Shown here piece after piece: positions 63,607 through 64,000 of a stretch of DNA of 64,000 bases. The position numbers and the translations under genes are program-made. The stretch spans positions 1,674,001-1,738,000 of the forward strand of contig CM120641.1 in the NCBI GenBank assembly GCA_051362555.1, in the 5' to 3' direction. Below the pieces are notes generated by a model, which had not been told where the DNA came from, searched no databases, and saw only the letters and a program-made list of their open reading frames with translations. Source of the stretch: Lingula anatina (Eukaryota > Animalia > Brachiopoda). Within the stretch, counting starts at the first letter, position 1; each line of letters begins with the position of its first letter.

Positions 63607-64000
63607 CTGTAGAATGGTTTAATTTTCCTATGAAGTTCTGCAAAACTGAAACCATACTACATGTGTTGTGGGTATACGCGGTATAACCAAGACTTTATTC
63701 TTACAGGAGTAACTTTTAGACGTCCAAAGAACTAGGTCCAACCCAAAAGTGATTGAACAGAGACAACCGTTGGTTGTGATACATATATTTGTAGTATGGC
63801 TGACAGTTTTCACTGTCCAACTCATGAACTTGGTGATCTGATCCCTACAGTTGGGCTTATTGTAAGGTAATTCTAAAGAGTACCGGTATGTACCAGACGC
63901 ATAAAAAACTTTGCATAGGAATAGGGGGAATAGTGAATCTTATGAACTCAGCAATGAAAAGTTTATCTAAAAGACTTGATTTGATAATTAGAATGACAAC

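Larger units (their letters stand above)
52818..63655. repeat. Large inverted duplication: arms ~52818-55277 and ~60942-63655 around a ~5.7-kb spacer
   Basis: Reverse-complement collinearity covers exons, introns, 3' flank (54461-54945 vs 62070-61545) and downstream repeat (54948-55277 vs 61245-60942). Confidence 0.9.

Overview
AT-rich, intron-containing eukaryotic genomic DNA, probably from an invertebrate animal (taxon is inference only). Left 38 kb: the last coding exon of a TMEM151 gene (+), a convergent TCTE1/DRC5 gene (-, 3 coding exons), a stretch of decayed MULE and hAT transposase fragments, and a 30-exon RPAP1 gene (+) with an intronless NRY-type class A GPCR nested antisense in its 4.3-kb intron. 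Right 24 kb: a 23-exon gene (~1,320 aa) for a predicted secreted protein. It has a signal peptide, two beta-defensin-like cysteine modules, 18 sushi/CCP domains (one phase-1 exon each; the first 11 recently amplified, three with a variable Arg/Tyr-rich loop) and a Thr-rich tail. An inverted, tail-to-tail paralog begins after a ~5.7-kb spacer of nested non-autonomous transposons and runs off the window. This defensin-like/sushi-array locus is the best candidate for an undescribed system. All exon coordinates were read by hand from GT/AG junctions and frame continuity; no database search was run.
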